From: a virus
IMG/VR virus record: IMGVR_UViG_3300042330_000875
Location: 1 to 64,000 of that record
DNA: 64,000 nt
Reading direction: 5' to 3' (one strand)
Part shown: positions 10,327 to 19,371 of the stretch, piece by piece
Numbering within the stretch: position 1 is the stretch's first letter
Layout of the letters: the number at the start of each line of letters is the position of its first letter
The notes under the pieces: generated by a model
Databases searched by the model: none
Told to the model about the DNA's origin: nothing
The model's input: only the letters and a program-made list of their open reading frames with translations
Translations under genes and position numbers: made by a program

Positions 10327-10766
10327 TATGAAACCTTTAAAAATAATTCGCGTTCATCTAAACGACGATTTGTTAACCCTTGTAAAATTTTTCCACCAGC
10401 ACGATTCCATTTAGGAAATTCTTCTGCTGCCCCACGATAATTTCCTTGATTTAATAAACGCAATAAAGTACAAGAATTTTCATTAAATTTTCCAGTACCA
10501 ATATTATATAAAAATGAACAAAGTGCATCAAACTGATTTTGAGTAATAGTAACTTTTACTCTTGAACGAATTGCAGTTTCTACACCTTGAATATGAATTT
10601 TTAACATATCAATAGCTTCACTTTCTGTTATTTTAGAATTAGGTCCAATATTTGCGCCTGTTGAACCATAACCAACCGTCCAAATTCCAACAGAATCTTG
10701 ATAAGCTTTGCTTTTAAAGCCTTCCCATTTTTTAATTAAATTAATACCATTTTCGCTTATGTTCAT
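10326..10766 (-). CDS. Phage lysozyme (GH24)
   Basis: EG...AYQDSVGIWTVGYG, QFDAL, GLTNRR. Confidence 0.95.
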   Translation of the reverse strand: MNISENGINLIKKWEGFKSKAYQDSVGIWTVGYGSTGANIGPNSKITESEAIDMLKIHIQGVETAIRSRVKVTITQNQFDALCSFLYNIGTGKFNENSCTLLRLLNQGNYRGAAEEFPKWNRAGGKILQGLTNRRLDERELFLKVS

Positions 10767-10781
10767 GTTTTGTTCCTCAAT

Positions 10782-11873
10782 TTAAAAATTAGCTCGCGGT
10801 TTAATTGCATTGTTTAAAGCAACTTTTTGTTCAAATTTTGTACCATCAGGTGCGGTTTCAATTTCATCGTTATTTATAAAACTATCTCTTATTTGATTAG
10901 CAATTTTCCATTCTTTGCCACGATGATCAACTTCTTGTGGTCGCCAAACACCGTCTTTGAATTGAAATAAAACTCCTTTTGGTGGCTGATAATCAGTTCT
11001 AAAAAAATAATCACCATTTGTAGGATTAAAAGGCCAACTTGTACCACTTCCTAATAATGTTGCACCATTTGGTGGAATACCATCGCCACAAAATATCCAA
11101 GGATAAGATTCATCTGCCCCTGGAACAAACCAAAATTGACGGGTATCAAAATATCTACCATTTACATCTTCATTTGCTTGTTTTGTTAAATCAGTATTAA
11201 TTTTATCAATGGCTTTTCCATTTCCTAAAATTTCTTCTAATGTAAAACCAGTTGGGTTAAAATCTGCATCTACAATTTCTCTTTGTAAAATATCTTTAAA
11301 TTCTTGTGAAACTGTCATAGGTTCAACTTTTACACGTATTACATAAGAACGCCAAGTGCTTCCAAATCCACCAGCAGCTCGATTAACATCTTTTACAACA
11401 TACCATTTATTAATAGCAGGATCATTTTTATCTAATAATAAATCATCACGTAAATGTGGTAATTCTAATACATCTCCTGGCATAATTTTTCTACCAATAC
11501 TATCAACCACGCTGTCAGTATGAAATTCTAAAAACAAACTATCATTTGTTAAAAATAATCCTTGAGCGCGTAAATCAAATTCATTGTCTTGAACATTATA
11601 ACATGCGCGTAATTCATATGTTTCTTGTGAATACTTTCTATCTCTATTTTCTAAAAATAAAATATCTTGAATTGTTGTTTCATCGGGATTTGGATTATCA
11701 GTAATAGTTGCATCTTTTTCATCGCCCAACATTCCGCCTTGTGCATGTGGACCCAAATATTTTGCTAAGTAAACACAAGTTCCGCTAATAAAGAAATATT
11801 CTCGATTATGTTTATTAATAAAATTATGGTCATTGGCTTTGCGACCACTATTCCAAAGAGAAAGTTTAGGCAT
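10782..11873 (-). CDS. T4 gp14-like neck protein
   Basis: MPKLSLW, IQDILFLENRDRKY, GRKIMPGDVLELPHL. Confidence 0.7.
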   Translation of the reverse strand: MPKLSLWNSGRKANDHNFINKHNREYFFISGTCVYLAKYLGPHAQGGMLGDEKDATITDNPNPDETTIQDILFLENRDRKYSQETYELRACYNVQDNEFDLRAQGLFLTNDSLFLEFHTDSVVDSIGRKIMPGDVLELPHLRDDLLLDKNDPAINKWYVVKDVNRAAGGFGSTWRSYVIRVKVEPMTVSQEFKDILQREIVDADFNPTGFTLEEILGNGKAIDKINTDLTKQANEDVNGRYFDTRQFWFVPGADESYPWIFCGDGIPPNGATLLGSGTSWPFNPTNGDYFFRTDYQPPKGVLFQFKDGVWRPQEVDHRGKEWKIANQIRDSFINNDEIETAPDGTKFEQKVALNNAIKPRANF

Positions 11874-11882
11874 ATAAATATT

Positions 11883-11910
11883 TAAGGGGGAAAGTTAACT
11901 TTCCCCCTTA
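11883..11910. terminator. Palindromic intrinsic terminator
   Basis: TAAGGGGGAAAG-TTAA-CTTTCCCCCTTA. Confidence 0.75.
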
Positions 11911-11939
11911 TTATTTTAAGTATAAATTATATTTTTAAT

Positions 11940-12290
11940 TTATGATGTTGCCCAAACTACAAAAATTTCTGGTTCAATAGTTTGTAATTTTTTTTTAAAT
12001 TCTTCGTCAATATCATTATTATTTAAAATTTCATTTAATTTATTTTCAAATTCTATTTTATGATTATCAGTAGGAGTAATATTTAATGGTGAAATGGGTT
12101 CAATATCGCCTTCAATTAATTCAAACAATATAACACCAATAAAAAATTGATCTTCAATTTCAGCATTTTCACAATAATAGTTTTCTATCAAACCTTCATA
12201 ATTATCATAATAATTATTTTCAATATTAAATTTATTAAAGTTTGGAGTATTTAAATTAATACCATAAACAATTGTTGCTTGAGAATACAG
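11940..12290 (-). CDS. Hypothetical protein, paralog of 12312; probable CTG start
   Basis: Frame open to CTG at 12290 with AAGGA SD; gives ATIVYGINLN as in the paralog. Confidence 0.65.
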   Translation of the reverse strand: MYSQATIVYGINLNTPNFNKFNIENNYYDNYEGLIENYYCENAEIEDQFFIGVILFELIEGDIEPISPLNITPTDNHKIEFENKLNEILNNNDIDEEFKKKLQTIEPEIFVVWATS

Positions 12291-12311
12291 TTTAAATATC
12301 CTTTATTTTTA

Positions 12312-12635
12312 TCAAGACGACCAAACAATAAAAATATCTGGTTTTTCTTTTCCAATTAGTTTTTTAAATTCTTTATCTACTTCAACATAATTTGAAATTT
12401 GTTCAAGTTGTTTATCTAATTTTAATTTATCTTCTTCTGAAGGCGTTAATTTCAATTTAAATAAAGAAACAATTTTACCTGCATGTAAATTAGTTAATTC
12501 AACACCAATCCAAAATTGATCTAAATCATTACAAGTATAACTCTTTAGTAAATAGTCATATTTTTGTGTAAATTCGGAAAATTTTTCATGGTTTAAATTA
12601 ATACCATAAACAATAGTTGCTAATGTATCTGACAT
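12312..12635 (-). CDS. Hypothetical protein, paralog of 11940
   Basis: MSDTLATIVYGINLN...IFIVWSS; AAGGA SD. Confidence 0.7.
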   Translation of the reverse strand: MSDTLATIVYGINLNHEKFSEFTQKYDYLLKSYTCNDLDQFWIGVELTNLHAGKIVSLFKLKLTPSEEDKLKLDKQLEQISNYVEVDKEFKKLIGKEKPDIFIVWSS

Positions 12636-12659
12636 TTTAATTTCCTTTATTAAAAAAAC

Positions 12660-12686
12660 AAGAGGGATAGACGATCCATCCCTCTT
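12660..12686 (-). terminator. Intrinsic terminator
   Basis: AAGAGGGAT...ATCCCTCTT stem with U-tract on minus strand. Confidence 0.65.
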
Positions 12687-12695
12687 ATAATTCAA

Positions 12696-12974
12696 TTATT
12701 GACGATACCGTGAATAAACAATACCTTCACGCGCATCCCATTCAACAATAACATTATTACGCTTAATATTCTTACCAAGAATTTCTTGTGTTGCTTCGCG
12801 CACAAATTCAAGAATTTTATTGAATTCGTTATCGCTAAGACCAACCATCATAAAAGGTTGATAAAAATCAACTGTCATAATTGCGTTTAGATGATTTACG
12901 CCATTTACATGAATTTTACTTGGAATATTATGCTTTTTAAGGTTGTTAAGATAAGTGTTAAGACGTTTTGACAT
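12696..12974 (-). CDS. Hypothetical protein
   Basis: 92-aa ORF with AAGGA SD. Confidence 0.7.
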   Translation of the reverse strand: MSKRLNTYLNNLKKHNIPSKIHVNGVNHLNAIMTVDFYQPFMMVGLSDNEFNKILEFVREATQEILGKNIKRNNVIVEWDAREGIVYSRYRQ

Positions 12975-13071
12975 TTATTTTCCTTTTTAGGAAAAGGAGC
13001 ATTTAAAATAGGTTGCCCCTCGAAACCTCTAATCTCATTTATTAAGTTCTAAAAATTATAATCTAATTTTT

Positions 13072-13155
13072 TTACATTGGAACCTCCATGAGTAATCCAT
13101 AAATTAAAATCATAAAGGCAAAAGTTACAACGATCAATTCAAAAAGTTTAATCAT
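13072..13155 (-). CDS. Putative 27-aa single-pass membrane peptide
   Basis: MIKLFELIVVTFAFMILIYGLLMEVPM*; AAGG SD; promoter-like TTGACC upstream. Confidence 0.45.
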   Translation of the reverse strand: MIKLFELIVVTFAFMILIYGLLMEVPM

Positions 13156-13256
13156 TTGTTTTTTACCTTGTTTATCGTTTCAACAAAATCACTTTAGCAT
13201 AATTTTGGTTAAGGTCAAGATGTTTTTTGTTAGGAGTTTTATCAATTTATTTTAAG

Positions 13257-13336
13257 ATTTTTGTTAAGTTGCAGTTATAGGAACTCATTTAAAATCTCTA
13301 TATTTTCTGCGGCTCTCCATGAATAGAAAATTTATT
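13257..13336 (-). repeat. Non-coding repeat A, copy 1 (80 bp)
   Basis: Aligns without gaps to 40357..40436 and 53406..53485. Confidence 0.9.
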
Positions 13337-13348
13337 AGATAGATCAAA

Positions 13349-13654
13349 TTATGTGTATTTTAACAACATTTCTACCTGAAAGGTATTTGTTTGATTTGGG
13401 TGATCTTTCAACCAATCATGAATGTTTTTATATTTTTTCCAGTTTAACCAATATTCCAGATAACCATCAGGCCAAATAATTGCTGGACCCGTTAAACGAT
13501 GGCGAAAATAGCGTTTTTTACACCAAACTTTATAACCAGTTAATATATATTCAACTGCCGGTTTATTTTCATTTGGTGAAGAAACTTTATGCCAAGGAAT
13601 ATCTTCTTCGTCATCAGTTGTATATTTTTTTCTATTAACATAATAAATGAACAT
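13349..13654 (-). CDS. HRLTGPA-family paralog, tail type A
   Basis: SSPNENKPA, HRLTGPA, HPNQTNTFQVEMLLKYT. Confidence 0.85.
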   Translation of the reverse strand: MFIYYVNRKKYTTDDEEDIPWHKVSSPNENKPAVEYILTGYKVWCKKRYFRHRLTGPAIIWPDGYLEYWLNWKKYKNIHDWLKDHPNQTNTFQVEMLLKYT

Positions 13655-13719
13655 TTATATTGCTTTCTAATAATACAGGAGTTTTAATTTGTTAGTAATT
13701 TTTCAAGTGACAAATAACT

Positions 13720-14031
13720 TTATATGTATTTTAGTAACATTTCAACTTGAAAGGCATTGTCTTGTTTTGGATGATCTTTTAACCAATCATGAATATTATT
13801 AAAATAATTTTTATCATTTAACCAAAAAGAATAACTTCTATCAGAATAAATTCTTGCAGGTCCAGTTAATCGATGTAAAATTCTTCCTTTTTCGCACCAA
13901 ACTTTATGTTCAGAATTTAAATCTTGTAAAGCGGGTGTATTTTCATCGGGTGATGAAACATGATACCGAGGAATATCAAAATAGTTATCAGTGGTAAATT
14001 TTTCATTATCAATATAATAAATATAAGTCAT
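13720..14031 (-). CDS. HRLTGPA-family paralog, tail type A
   Basis: SSPDENTPA, HRLTGPA, FQVEMLLKYI. Confidence 0.85.
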   Translation of the reverse strand: MTYIYYIDNEKFTTDNYFDIPRYHVSSPDENTPALQDLNSEHKVWCEKGRILHRLTGPARIYSDRSYSFWLNDKNYFNNIHDWLKDHPKQDNAFQVEMLLKYI

Positions 14032-14037
14032 TTATCT

Positions 14038-14149
14038 TTCTTTCAAATAGCGGTTTAAAGGCGATTAGAGGCACATTACAGAGGTTTTAGATTGATTTAG
14101 GTATTTGGGTTAGTTAATTAAATTTAATCGGCTTTAAATCGCTTTAAAA
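14038..14149 (-). repeat. Non-coding repeat B, copy 1 (~110 bp)
   Basis: Matches 40762..40871 and 54197..54307. Confidence 0.9.
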
Positions 14150-14503
14150 CTAATTTTGTAAAAACCATAAGACTTTATCGGTTTCTGTAAAAACGCCAAT
14201 ATTATGAAAATAAAGATCGGGGTTTGGATGATCATTAATCCATTCTTTTATGGTTTTATAATATTTTCCATTTAACCAAAATTCTTCTCTTCCATCAGAA
14301 AGAATTCTTGCTGGTCCAGTTAATCGATGCCATATGTGTGATTTTTTACACCAAAGTTTTTTTAAAAATAATTTATTATTTTTATTTGATAAATTTTCAA
14401 ATGCTGGAATTTCTTCATTTGGTGAAGATATAAAAGCATACGGAACATAAAATTTTTCATTAGTTGTAAATTTTTTTCCATCGATATAATAAATAATAGT
14501 CAT
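14150..14503 (-). CDS. HRLTGPA-family paralog, tail type B
   Basis: HPNPDLYF...TETDKVLWFLQN. Confidence 0.85.
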   Translation of the reverse strand: MTIIYYIDGKKFTTNEKFYVPYAFISSPNEEIPAFENLSNKNNKLFLKKLWCKKSHIWHRLTGPARILSDGREEFWLNGKYYKTIKEWINDHPNPDLYFHNIGVFTETDKVLWFLQN

Positions 14504-14549
14504 TTTTCTTTATTACATCATTTTATTGGATTGATCAACAAGAAAATTT

Positions 14550-15080
14550 TTAAATTAAATTTTGATTTTTAGATAATTTTACAAGTAGATTTAATTTTCG
14601 ATCATAATTTAATCCCCAAGTTTTTAAACTTTTAATCCATAAGAATAATTGTTTAATCCAATTTGGAATTATAGATTCTTCGATAGGTTTAACTTTTAAA
14701 CTTGGCGATACAATTGTCGTACTGGTGTATTTTTCTTTTATTTCAGTTAATTTTGTTAATAATTCAGGAGTTAAATGTTCAGTTAATTCATCTAATACTT
14801 TAGCATAAGCTACGGTATTTCTTGGTGCTGGATTTTTACTTAATGTAAAAGTAAAAGAAACTGTTTTAACTATTCTAGTTTTTGTTATATCTTCTGCTTC
14901 ATCGAAAAGATCGGCTACAAGTTCTTTTGTTTCTTGTTTTGTAATTTCTTTTAGCTCATCCAACTCTTTGGATAATTCAGAAATTTTTAATAAATTTTTA
15001 GCTAATTTAGTATATTTTGCGCTATCATAGCTTTTCAATTCAGCAACGCACTTATCAATTAATCTGGTAATGCTAATCAT
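14550..15080 (-). CDS. Hypothetical protein
   Basis: 176-aa ORF with AAGGA SD. Confidence 0.7.
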   Translation of the reverse strand: MISITRLIDKCVAELKSYDSAKYTKLAKNLLKISELSKELDELKEITKQETKELVADLFDEAEDITKTRIVKTVSFTFTLSKNPAPRNTVAYAKVLDELTEHLTPELLTKLTEIKEKYTSTTIVSPSLKVKPIEESIIPNWIKQLFLWIKSLKTWGLNYDRKLNLLVKLSKNQNLI

Positions 15081-15111
15081 TTTGTTATCCTTAAAGGTAT
15101 TTTTAATATTT

Positions 15112-15654
15112 ATGAAAAAGAAAATTTTTAATAGAAATTACACAATAAATCCAAGCGTAAGATTATTACGTTGTTTAGAAAGTCGTAGGCATAGTTTATG
15201 TAACAATGAGTTTTGTGAGTATTGTGGTAAAGAAAAACGAAGTTCAATGAGCAATCAAATAGTAAATCGATTTTCAATGAGTAATCAGAGATTATGGGCA
15301 GTAACTTTATTAGACCCAAACAATAGTGAATTAGAAAATATAAAAAAATATCATGCTGATAATTTATTAACTGGTATTTGGGTTCCTGAGATTGTTTTTA
15401 AAAGAAAAAATGTTTCAAATTGGTTTGAAAATAATATTGTATTTCATTATCATGCTGTGGTAGTTAGTAATGATAATCCTGCTGAAACAATGAGAACAAT
15501 ATGGAATAAGTATCGTCAATTACACGTTCAAGAGATTTACAATTTATCTGGATGGGCAAATTATATGTGCAAAATGTTCGTTGATCCAAAAGATAAAAAG
15601 CAAACTAAATTTTTAGACAATCGATTAATAGAAAAAAAGTTAATAATATTTTAA
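15112..15654 (+). CDS. Putative HUH (rolling-circle Rep-like) endonuclease
   Basis: CNNEFCEYC, WAVTLL, FHYHAVV, YMCK in the expected order. Confidence 0.55.
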   Translation: MKKKIFNRNYTINPSVRLLRCLESRRHSLCNNEFCEYCGKEKRSSMSNQIVNRFSMSNQRLWAVTLLDPNNSELENIKKYHADNLLTGIWVPEIVFKRKNVSNWFENNIVFHYHAVVVSNDNPAETMRTIWNKYRQLHVQEIYNLSGWANYMCKMFVDPKDKKQTKFLDNRLIEKKLIIF

Positions 15655-15663
15655 AGGAATAAA

Positions 15664-16254
15664 ATGAATACTATTAGTATAAAAGGTAAATTTGTTATTT
15701 TTGATAATTTTTATTTTTATGGCTGCCCACATGATACAGTTGAATTTATAGATGAAAATAATAAAATCCATTTAGTTCGATTAAATTTAACCACAAGAGT
15801 TTCAAAGAATTCCAGTAAAGTTTTTGGTAATTATTTCCAAGTTAGACAACTTGATGTAAAAAACAATTGGAAAAATGTTGATACACTTTTGGATTTTATT
15901 GAAAGTAGAAAAATCATTGGCTACAATCCAACACATTTAATGTTAAATTATCATATTAGAAAAACAGCTAGTAGACAAAAAACAGTTAAAAAAGAAAAAA
16001 AGCAATTAGATTATTATCAAGATTACATGGGTAACAAGGTTGAAATTGGCAATTATGTTTTATTTTCAGTTTATAATGAAAAATTTTTATTAGGAAAAAT
16101 TATTAATTTTGATGCAAAAAGATTGGTTGTGTTACGAGAAGACAATCAAAAAGAATATCGTTTAAATCAAACATCGGTTTTATTAATGTTTGATGAAGGA
16201 AAAAATATCGAAAAATTAAAAACTTCGGTTGTTTTACATTTATTAAAGAAATAA
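15664..16254 (+). CDS. Hypothetical protein with shared C-terminal tag
   Basis: Ends KTSVVLHLLKK. Confidence 0.7.
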   Translation: MNTISIKGKFVIFDNFYFYGCPHDTVEFIDENNKIHLVRLNLTTRVSKNSSKVFGNYFQVRQLDVKNNWKNVDTLLDFIESRKIIGYNPTHLMLNYHIRKTASRQKTVKKEKKQLDYYQDYMGNKVEIGNYVLFSVYNEKFLLGKIINFDAKRLVVLREDNQKEYRLNQTSVLLMFDEGKNIEKLKTSVVLHLLKK

Positions 16255-16281
16255 AAAAGGGAGAATTAATTCTCCCTTTTT
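16254..16281. terminator. Bidirectional intrinsic terminator
   Basis: AAAAAGGGAGAA-TTAA-TTCTCCCTTTTT. Confidence 0.8.
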
Positions 16282-16463
16282 CCGTATTTTCATTTGGTGG
16301 ATGATCTTTTTAACTAAGTAATAACTATTCTGACATTTTATTTCTCCGTATCGTTGATAAAACCAATATAAAAAATTTTTGTCAAGTATTTATTTATTAA
16401 AAAATATATTCTTGCAAAAATTATAATGTATGATAGTATCAATATACAAATAAGGAGATTATT

Positions 16464-17567
16464 ATGATCACACGCGCTGAAGCCAAATCAATCGTTGAAA
16501 ATAACGCTTGTTTCTTTTGTATTGAAGAAACTGTTGATGGTTATCCAGTTGAAATTTACAATTATGGATTGGCTGGATTGATGGATTTTGAAAACCCTTT
16601 AAAGCAAGATGTTGTTAATATCAACGCTTGGGATATGCGTAGCCTTTGTTTTGTTAAAATTGAAGATAATTGGCAACGTTGGTTTAGCTTGCCTAAATTT
16701 TTCTCATTAAATCAAACTCGTGGATATATGTTAAATGATTTGAAAAATATTCCAGTTGTTGGAGTTTATGAAAAATTCGATGGTTCGTTGATTACTGCAA
16801 TTGTAATCGATAATAAAGTTTATTGTCGTAGTAAAAATTCTTTTTATTCGTCGCAAGCTGTTAAAGCTAATCAATTAATTGAACAAAATATTGAATTGAA
16901 AGATTATATCATTGCTCAATCTAAGTTGGATAACGTTTGTATTTTTGAATTGATTGGTGTTGATCGAGTTGTTGTTGAATATGATAAAATTGAATTGCGT
17001 GGATTATTTTTACGCAATAATTCAACTGGTGTTTTAACTGCATGGGAAAACGATGGTCCTGAAAATTTTATTTCTCAATACCCAACTATTGAAAGTTTGG
17101 TTAATATTGATAAAAAGAATTTTGAAGGTGTTGTTGCGTTATTGGCCGATGGGCGATTAGTTAAGTCAAAAACCAATTGGTATGAAACCATGCACGATGT
17201 TACTGTTGAAAAAACTGATAATTTAAATCGCATTATTGCTTTAGTTTTGGCTGGACATTCGGATGATGCTATTGCATCTTTACAAAACGAAGAACGTAAA
17301 GAAATTATTCGTGAAGTTGAAACTGTTGTATTTTCGGCATATAAAGAAATTATGAAAAACGTAAAAGAAGTTTTTTCTCGTTTACAAACGGAAGATCGTA
17401 AAACTTTAGCTCAAGAAATTTCTGATAAGGGAATTTTTGGTATGGCTTGTCGGCTATTAAAACAAGAAAATATTGATTGGGATAAAGAAATTCGTCAATA
17501 TATTAGTGGTTCAACTAATAGCCGTATTAAAGCTGAAGAATGGTTTAAAAAATGGAAAAATATGTAA
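16464..17567 (+). CDS. RNA ligase, T4 Rnl1-like
   Basis: PKFF, EKFDGSLI (motif I), FELIG, EGVV, KSKT. Confidence 0.85.
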   Translation: MITRAEAKSIVENNACFFCIEETVDGYPVEIYNYGLAGLMDFENPLKQDVVNINAWDMRSLCFVKIEDNWQRWFSLPKFFSLNQTRGYMLNDLKNIPVVGVYEKFDGSLITAIVIDNKVYCRSKNSFYSSQAVKANQLIEQNIELKDYIIAQSKLDNVCIFELIGVDRVVVEYDKIELRGLFLRNNSTGVLTAWENDGPENFISQYPTIESLVNIDKKNFEGVVALLADGRLVKSKTNWYETMHDVTVEKTDNLNRIIALVLAGHSDDAIASLQNEERKEIIREVETVVFSAYKEIMKNVKEVFSRLQTEDRKTLAQEISDKGIFGMACRLLKQENIDWDKEIRQYISGSTNSRIKAEEWFKKWKNM

Positions 17568-17866
17568 TTGATCAAAGTTTTAATTTAGTTAAAATGCAAG
17601 AGTTCAATCTTGCATTTGCAACAGCATCTATTCATTCAAGTAATTTAAATTTATATTTAGAAAAGAAAATTTCAGATATAGATTTTATAAATTCATTAAT
17701 AGAACATTTAGACCCAATTAAAAAAGAAAAATTATATAATATTTTAAAATATACTAATGTTGAAATAAAATTAAGTCGATTTGAATTAAGTTTATATGAA
17801 AATATTTTATTAATTTTAACATTTAAATCTTATGCTGATGAAATTTTATATTTTTTAGGATCATAA
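17552..17866 (+). CDS. Hypothetical protein with shared C-terminal tag
   Basis: Ends SYADEILYFLGS. Confidence 0.65.
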   Translation: MEKYVIDQSFNLVKMQEFNLAFATASIHSSNLNLYLEKKISDIDFINSLIEHLDPIKKEKLYNILKYTNVEIKLSRFELSLYENILLILTFKSYADEILYFLGS

Positions 17867-17868
17867 TT

Positions 17869-18201
17869 TTGAGATTTATTTATTACATTGATGGTGAAAA
17901 ATTCACAACTGAAGATAAATTCAGTAATAGTCTTTGGAAAAAAATATCATCACCTGATGATAATACGCCTGCATTCGAAACTTCTAATGGTTATAAATTT
18001 TATTGCCATTTAGATGAACAAATATATCGATTAAATGGGCCTGCCGAAATTACTTCTGATGGAAGAGAAGATTTTTATTTAAATGGAAAAAGATATGAAA
18101 CCATAAAAGAATGGATTAATGATCATCCAAATCCTGATCTTTATTTTGATGCAATTGGTTTAAATGAAACCGAACGAGTTTTATGGTTTTTAAAAAAATA
18201 A
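17869..18201 (+). CDS. HRLTGPA-family paralog, tail type B
   Basis: TTG start; YRLNGPA; HPNPDLYFDAIGLNETERVLWFLKK. Confidence 0.8.
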   Translation: MRFIYYIDGEKFTTEDKFSNSLWKKISSPDDNTPAFETSNGYKFYCHLDEQIYRLNGPAEITSDGREDFYLNGKRYETIKEWINDHPNPDLYFDAIGLNETERVLWFLKK

Positions 18202-18211
18202 AGGAATTAAA

Positions 18212-18598
18212 ATGTATAATTTGATTATTGATGATGAATTGGTTCATAATAACTCTTATCGTCATCCAAATAAAATCCCCAATCTTTGTAATATTTCAGA
18301 TCAATTTTTGATTAACAAGTATTTTAATGAAGAATGGATTTTTGCGGCTACTTTTCAAGAAGCTATTGCTATTATTGAACAAAAAGGTTGTCCAAAATTT
18401 ATCAGTTTTGACAATGATTTGGGCAATAGCAGCAATGGTGATGGTATTGATGTTGCTAAATGGCTGGTAGTAAAAGATTTGGATAACAATGGCAAATTTA
18501 TTCTACCTGAATTTGGTTATTTTGTTCATAGCCAAAACCCAATTGCTGCTGAACAAATTAGCGGATTATTGTATAATTATCTTTGTACTAAATGCTAA
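18212..18598 (+). CDS. Cyclic-phosphate-processing receiver-like domain protein
   Basis: IDD, ISFDNDLG, GIDVAKWLV, VHSQNP; close to the RNA ligase. Confidence 0.7.
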   Translation: MYNLIIDDELVHNNSYRHPNKIPNLCNISDQFLINKYFNEEWIFAATFQEAIAIIEQKGCPKFISFDNDLGNSSNGDGIDVAKWLVVKDLDNNGKFILPEFGYFVHSQNPIAAEQISGLLYNYLCTKC

Positions 18599-18628
18599 AA
18601 AAGTAATTCTTCTTCTTTAAATATTTTT

Positions 18629-19066
18629 ATGTTTAATCATATTAAATTTTTAGAAATATTAGAACAACAAATTGACATTAAAAAACCATCTTTAAAATTT
18701 ATGCTAGTTGGGGATTTAAGCACCAAATTAAATACGTTATTTTGTAATTTACGTGGAACAGAAAATTACAAAGGTAAAAGATTAACTGAACAAGGAAGAA
18801 TTTTATGTTCAAGTATTTTTGAAAGTTATCAAGTAAATTATTCAAAAGATCATCGCATAACAAACAGTGATTTAATTTGGCTTGATAATAATACTAAAAT
18901 GCCTTATTGGTTAAGTCCTGATGAATTGGTTTTATACGAAAAAAAATTAGGCGTGCTTATGTGCTTAAATGATGGCGATATAACACAAATGATAAATCAA
19001 CAAGTAAATTCTGATAAACAAAATAATATTTCAAATTGGCGAGAAAGCGTAGGAAAATATAAATGA
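18629..19066 (+). CDS. Hypothetical phage protein
   Basis: 145-aa ORF; TAAATA-N5-ATG start. Confidence 0.7.
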   Translation: MFNHIKFLEILEQQIDIKKPSLKFMLVGDLSTKLNTLFCNLRGTENYKGKRLTEQGRILCSSIFESYQVNYSKDHRITNSDLIWLDNNTKMPYWLSPDELVLYEKKLGVLMCLNDGDITQMINQQVNSDKQNNISNWRESVGKYK

Positions 19067-19371
19067 GATACGTTTATTACGTTGATGGTGAGAAATATAC
19101 AACTGATAATTATTATGAAATTAATTTTTATGGTATTTCATCATTTGATGAAAATACCCCCGCGTTTGAAGATTTATCAACCGGTGAAAAAGGATGGTGT
19201 AAAAAAGGATATATTATTCATCGTTTAACTGGACCAGCCCGAATTCTTTCTGACGATATCGAATATTTTTATTTAAACAATAAACGTTACAAAAAAGTAA
19301 ACGAATGGTTAAACCATCATCCAAATCAAGATAATTCTTTTCAAGTTGAAATGCTTTTAAAATACAGTTAA
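19063..19371 (+). CDS. HRLTGPA-family paralog, tail type A
   Basis: HRLTGPA, FQVEMLLKYS. Confidence 0.85.
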   Translation: MRYVYYVDGEKYTTDNYYEINFYGISSFDENTPAFEDLSTGEKGWCKKGYIIHRLTGPARILSDDIEYFYLNNKRYKKVNEWLNHHPNQDNSFQVEMLLKYS

